Shown here piece by piece: positions 56,546 through 64,000 of a DNA stretch of 64,000 bases. The notes beneath the pieces were generated by a model that saw only the letters and a program-made list of their open reading frames with translations, was not told the origin of the DNA and made no database searches. The stretch lies in NCBI RefSeq assembly GCF_009914755.1, contig NC_060940.1. The stretch is one strand, 5' to 3'. The DNA comes from the human T2T-CHM13v2.0 reference genome, Homo sapiens. Made by a program: the position numbers and the translations under genes. Every line of letters starts with the position of its first letter. Within the stretch, counting starts at the first letter, position 1.

Positions 56546-57105
56546 ATTTTTGGCAAAAGGGACTTGTTGACACCTAATGGAACTGCAGGAGTCCCAAAGC
56601 TGGGCCTTGGTTTTAGGAAAGACTTAACCAGAAGTTAGGGAAAGGACAGCACAGTATTTGATGTTCCTCATGAAAAATGCCATTTTCTCAGGTGGCAGTT
56701 GTTATTGATAGAGATGAGGTCTCACTATGTTGTCCAGGACGGTCTCAAGCTCCTGAGCTCAAGTGATCTGCCCACCTTGGCCTCCCAAAGTGGTGAGCCA
56801 CTGTACCAACCCCATTTTCTGCATTTTTAATTGTTCCATCAAAAAAGTAGGAAGCCGACATATTATCTGTTTATCTGATGTTAATAGAGCTTTTTTATAA
56901 TTAATGTTTACATAGATATCTTTTTTCATCCTGTGTTTTCATCTTACCTGTTTTTCTATGTACAGTGTGCCTCTTCTACACATTATGTAGGTGAGTCATG
57001 TTTTTGTTTGTGTTTTTTTAAATTTAGTCTCACTATCTCACTTTCACTTGGAGTGTTTATTTCACTTTCGTTCAATGGAATTTCTGTTTTTTTTTTTTTT
57101 TTTAG

Positions 57106-57267
<162 letters not shown>

Positions 57268-57869
57268 TAGTAGATGGGGTTTCACCGTATTAGCCAGGAT
57301 GTTCTCTATCTCCTGACCTCGTGATCCGCCCGCCTCGGCCTCCCAGAGTGCTGGGATTACAGGCGTGAGCCACTGTGCCCAGCCCAATGGAATTTCTAAT
57401 GTATGCTGTTTGTGTTTTTTGTTGTTGTTTTTCTTTTAGACACAGTCTTGCTTTGTTGCCCAGGCTGGAGTGTGCAGTGGCATGATCTGTGTGCAGTGGC
57501 TCACTGCATCCTCCGCACCCCTCCCCCGGCCCTGGGTTCAAGCGATTCTCCTGCCTTAGCCTCCCGAGTAGCTGGGATCACAGGTGCACGCCAGTGCGCC
57601 CAGCTAATTTTTTTTTTTTTTTTGTATTTTTCATAGGGAGCCAGCGCACCCACCTATTTCTCTTTGTCTCTTGTTCCTCCTTTCTTGCCTTCTTTTGGAT
57701 TAATGGAGTGATTCTTCACATTTCCTTTTATCTCTGTTGACTTCTGGCTATATCTTTTTGCTCTATGTTTTTAGCTATATATGTTTTCTTTAGCGATTGT
57801 TCTAGGGATTACAACACACACCCTAACTTTTCACAGTGCACCTACGGTGCTTATGACACCACTTGGGCA

Positions 57870-58620
<751 letters not shown>

Positions 58621-60265
58621 TGACACCCAGCTAATTTTTTTTGTACTTTTAGTAGAGATGGGGTTTCACCATGTTGGCTAGGCTCGTCTCGAACTCCTGA
58701 CCTCAGGTTATCCACCTGCCTTGGCCTACCAAAGTGCTGGGATTACAGGCGTGAGCCACTGTGTCCAGCCCCATAAGGTAGATTTATATTCACCTTTTAA
58801 GAAACCGCCAAACTGTGTTTTGGAGTTGCCATGCCGCCACGTTCCCCCCAGCATGTGTGGAGCCTCCATTTCCACACACCCCCTCTTGATATTGATGTGA
58901 CATCTTTTTAATGTTGAACCTTTCTCGATAACACATGCAGCATGGCCTTCTTTGCATTCAAAGTGTTTCATATCCCTCAGCAGCATTTGAAAGATTTCTT
59001 CATATGGATTGTGTGTGTATATTTTTGCACATTTATTTCTGAGAATTTTGTTTTTTGGGAGTGTGCTGTTGCAAATGGGATGTTTTCTTCTGTTAACTTT
59101 TCTAACTGCTTGTTTGTACATAGGAGGACTGAGGCCAGCCTTGGTGGCTCACATCTATAATCCTAGCACTTAGGGAGACTGAGGCAGAAGGACTGCTCGA
59201 GCCCAGGAGTTTGAGACCAGCCTGGGCATCATAGTAAGACCGCATCTTTATGTTATTTTTTTTTTGAGACAGGGTCTTTCTTTGTCACCCAGGCTAAGTG
59301 CAGTAATGCAGTCCCGGTTCACTGCAACCTCCATGTCCTGGGTTCAAGCAATTCTCATGCCTCAGCCTTCTGAGTACCCGGTATTACAGGTGTGTGCCAT
59401 CACACCCAGCTAATTTTTGTATTATTAGTAGAGGTGGAGTTTTGCCATGTTGGCCAGGCTGGTACCGAACTCCTGGCCTCGAGCAATCCGCCTCTCTCGG
59501 CCTCCCAAAGTGCTGGGATTACAGGCGTGAGCTGTGCCCGGCCCCATCTCTATATTTTAAAAATTAAGAAAAAGGAAGGCTGCTTATTATGTTACTTTTG
59601 TACCTAACTCCTTAGCAAAATCTGTCTGCCTCATTTTTCAGAGTAAATTATTTTACCTCCTGCTTTTTTCTTAAATGTCTTACTTTCCTCCTTGCCTAGT
59701 TTCATCAGCTAGGGCCTCCAAAATAATAGTGGTAACAGAGGGCATTCTTTTGTTGCGAAGGTTAATGGAAGCTTCTGTTGCTTCCATCCCCTATAAATGA
59801 TGCTGGGCTCTGGCTTGATGGGTGTGTGTCTGGGTGTAATTTCCTTTATTGTGTGTAATTTAAGGAAGTATCCCTCTTTCTAATTTGATGTGTTTTTTTC
59901 TAAATTTTGTAGTAAATTTTGTCAAATGCCTTTTCAACATCTACGATGATTATGATTTTTAACATATTAATATGAATGAAATTAGGCTGGGCGCAGTGGC
60001 TCACACCTGTAATCCCAGCACTTTGGGAGGCTGAGGCAGGCAGATCACAAGGTCAGGAGATCAAGACCATCCTGGCTAACATGGTGAAACCCCATCTCTT
60101 CTAAAAATACAAAAAAGCTAGTCAGGTGTGGTGGCGGACGCCTGTAGTCCCGGGAGGGTGAGGCAGGGGAACTGAGTGAACCCAGGAAGCGGAGCTTGCA
60201 GTGAGCCTAGATCGCACCACTGCACTCCAGCCTGGGCAATAGAGCGAGACTCCATCTCAGGGGGA

Positions 60266-60267
60266 AA

Positions 60268-60322
<55 letters not shown>
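60266..60322. repeat. (A)n(AT)n at the tail of a + strand Alu (59985-60285)
   Basis: Read directly from the sequence. Confidence 0.95.
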
Positions 60323-60325
<3 letters not shown>

Positions 60326-61261
60326 AAATTAAAAGATGTTCTAATTTTGAGCTATCCTTGTCACACTGTACAAGTCTCACTTGGTTTAGGTCACTTTTTT
60401 TAAGGCCCCAGTGGGGTTTGTTTGGTAATATTTTATTTTGGATTTTCTTACCTTGATTTGTATGTAAACATCTTACCTTGTTTTGTTTTGGAGATAGGGC
60501 CTTGCTCTGATGCCCAGGCTGGAGTGCAGTGGTGTGATCATAGTTGATTGTGATTTTGAACTCCTGGGCTCAAGTGATCCTCCTGCCTCAGCCTCCTAGA
60601 CAGGCATGTGCCACCATGCCTGGCTAATGATTAAATTTTTTTAGAGACAGAGTCTTGCTATGTTGTCCAGGCTGGAGTTCAGTGTATATTGTAGACGTGA
60701 ATTGGTCTTTCCGCTGGAATCATTCCCTCTCCTATCTGTTTCAAATTCATGCATAAGTACTCCACCCACACCCCCCAGTTGCAAAGTATTGATGTTGTCC
60801 AACCTGCCTTGAGAAGGGAGAACTATGTTTCCCTCTTTGTATCTCTGCTGGTGTCCAGTCCACTGCTGTGTTTTTGGTAAATACTTGACCCATAGAATGT
60901 GGGAAGCAGGAAGGAAAGCTTCTGCGTTTCCTTTCTGGACCAGAAATCATGGATCCGTTAAGCATATTGAGAAACCAACAGGTCAGGTGGCTGCACACTC
61001 TAGTTGCATCTGACTCTGAATTGCTCATGGGCCCCTGAGCACCAGTGATTTGCTTTTCTTTTATTGCAAAAGCAGAAGTGGGGGTTGACTGAGCTTGGGC
61101 AGCCTTGGGAGGCAGGCAGGCCCGCGTCAGTGCCATCCTGGCTGTTTGTAGCTTGTATGACCTTGGGGAAATCCCCTCAACTCTCTGAGCCTTTGTTTCT
61201 TCTCTCATTAAGTGGGGATCATCCGTTCCTCATTGGACTATTGTAAGGCCTAAGATCAAAC

Positions 61262-61872
<611 letters not shown>

Positions 61873-62314
61873 CCCAGATCAAACATCTTTCAAGGCACTT
61901 GGAGCAGTGCCTGGTCTCCAGGGTCTTTAGGCTGTAACCACAGCAAAGCACTCAAATCACAGCCACTCTCCCTTCTGTCTTCCCTCCAGTGTGGGGGTGT
62001 GGAGGACCAACCTTCTTGTTCCCATTCACCCTGGAGTTCTTTCTTCTGAACTTCATCTAGCACCTGCTATGCACTAGGGATTCATGGGGGGGATGGTGGG
62101 GCGGAGGTCAAGGACGGTCAAGTCTGGCCTTCAGCTTGCCTCAGTCCCCGTGGCTGATGCCTTGCCCTTTGCTCTGGAATCTGGGCCCTACAAGCTCCTA
62201 CCAGGCTCAGTGCAGAGAGGGCTCGAGGGCACCCCCTATCGGTGAGCAGATTCCATAGCTGCCCACGCCTCCCCCTCTCTTGAGTGGATGATCAACCCCA
62301 GCAATCTAGAGACA

Positions 62315-63043
62315 TGTTCTTGGATTCTGCCAGCTTTATTTTTCAGTTGAAAACTCAAAGGAAAAAGTTACATTCCCAAAAGAAAGTAAAACACTTCCAA
62401 TGATGTAGCCTGGAGGCCTGAGTTCACAGGTGCCCCTACCAAAACAGAGGCCCTCCCCAGGGTCCCCTAAAGCATTCAGTCCCAGTGTGTCTACCCCAAA
62501 GAGAGAAGCTGCCTACCTGGGCTTCTGATTAAGAGGCTTGGGGCCATCACTTCCCTTCAAGGAAACTCCTGCCTGAAAAGACCCCTGGATCAGGCAGGGA
62601 AAGCCAGTACCAAGCAGCTGAGGACCTGGCTTCGTGTCCCCCACCACGCAGTCAGCGTTCTGAAGCAGTGGCTTCCCAAATGGCTGTTGAATAAGTGAAT
62701 AAATCTCTTGGGCATGAACAGGGGCCAGGTGGAGTTTTCTCTGCAGAGCTGGTACTTGCTGGCCGCACTGTCTCCTGGTTTGCAGTGGAAGTGTGGAGGA
62801 AGGGGGAGAATTACTCAGACCAGTGGGAGAGTTTCATGTCCCCCGGAAGTATTTTGAGCCCAGTGGCAATGAGCCCTGCTTCCGTGCGTTTGCAGCACGT
62901 GCGGTTCTGAGTTTCCCGGCATTCCATGCTGGTTATTCTGTCCCAGCCATGAATCTTGTCATTGTCAGGGAGCTGGAATTGCAGTAGAAGGTGAAGGAGT
63001 TTGAAGTCTGGCAGCCTAGTGCTGGCATAGACAAAATCTCAAA
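62315..63043 (-). other. Candidate terminal exon/3' UTR of a minus-strand gene entering from beyond the right edge (probably LOC400499)
   Basis: Minus-strand acceptor cttacttttctctctcctttacag|TTTGAG at 63044/63043. Minus-strand AATAAA at 62335-62340 with a CA 20 nt downstream (62315). Unique, repeat-free sequence in between. The gene identity is from recalled locus order only. Confidence 0.6.
62335..62340 (-). terminator. Minus-strand polyadenylation signal AATAAA
   Basis: TTTATT on the + strand; on the minus strand a CA cleavage candidate and GT-rich sequence follow. Confidence 0.6.
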
Positions 63044-64000
63044 CTGTAAAGGAGAGAGAAAAGTAAGACCAGGCTATGGGCCCCTGAGGAGAGGGGCCCC
63101 TGCTGTTTCCTGAAATAAATTATGCTAGGGCCCCTGGCCTTCATTATTAAAAGGACAACTCCCCATCCACTCCCACTCATCTCCCTCCCGCCTTTTTGTA
63201 AGAGCAGCGGGCATGGGTCAATGAGTCCCCTACAGCTGCAGGGCCTTTGCAGGCAGCGGTGCTAGGCCCAGCCTGCTGAGTTCCTTGGAAATTGAACAAG
63301 CATCTGTGGAGTGCTCACTCTGTGTCAGGTTCTGCTGCCAGCACCCTCGACACAGAGAAGACCAAGACATAGTTCCTAGCCAAGGGGAGGGCGGAACCTT
63401 AGCACACGATGCTTTGAGAGCTCAGGATGCATCCAACCCAAAGTGTGGGCTAAAGGGAGCTCACTGTGTGGGTGAGATCTTCAGTACAGCATGCAGTGGA
63501 GGCCATGATGTGGGGCTCCTGGCCCTAGAGGGACTGCTCTGCTGTTTCACCATCAAGTGGGGTGGACAAGGGCACAGATGGACACTCAGAGCTACCAGGC
63601 AAAGGAAGTGCCCTTCTATCCCTCATCTGCTACGAGAACTGTTTAAAAGATGGGTTTTAACTTTTTTGAGATGGAGTCTCGCGCTATCACCCAGGCTGGA
63701 GTACAGTGGCTCACGGCAACCTCTGCCTCCTGGGTTCAAGCGATTCTCCTGCGTCAGCCTCCTGAGTAGCTGGGATTACATGCGCCTGCCACCACGCCCG
63801 GCTAATTTTTATATTTTTAGTAGAGACGGGGTTGGGCCAGGCTGGTCTCGAACTTTTGACCTCAAGTGATCCACCTGCCTTGGCCTCCCAAAGTGCTGGG
63901 GTTACAGGAGCAAGCCACCATGCCCAGCTATTTATATTTTTTGAGATGGAGTCTTGCTCTGTCGCCCAGGCTGGAGTGCAGTGGTGCGACCTCAGTTCAC

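Noticed and set aside
63285-63869. 194-aa + strand ORF
   Set aside because: TTG start, runs through an L2-like remnant and into an Alu; no coding signature.

Overview
Primate (human-like) euchromatic DNA, very Alu-rich. It contains the complete two-exon RMI2 gene on the + strand (CDS 35806-36100 + 40974-41122 = 444 nt, 147 aa; CpG-island promoter with NRF1/CRE/CCAAT/E2F-CLE sites; AATAAA at 42075). From recalled locus knowledge this is human 16p13.13, between the SOCS1/protamine cluster and LOC400499. Most of the rest is interspersed repeat: dozens of Alus, an antisense SVA, solo LTRs (LTR47-like, THE1, MST, MLT1, LTR16), MER DNA transposons, old L1 fragments, a Y1 RNA pseudogene and microsatellites. 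The most interesting signals are: (1) a unique 2.9-7.4 kb region with two identically built overlapping ISRE/GAS composite elements plus STAT5/STAT6-type sites, a candidate cytokine-responsive enhancer; (2) inside it, a 35-codon phase-1 exon (6989-7094) that can splice in frame to RMI2 exon 2, giving an 84-aa N-terminally swapped RMI2, preceded by a uORF with an AUGA stop/start overlap; (3) a minus-strand terminal exon (63043 to ~62315) missed by the ORF track; (4) a prematurely polyadenylated SVA in a nested repeat stack; (5) a young 91-bp tandem duplication. Almost all ORFs in the supplied track are Alu or low-complexity artefacts. Repeat subfamily names come from recall of consensus sequences, and repeat boundaries are approximate unless a target-site duplication (TSD) is given.
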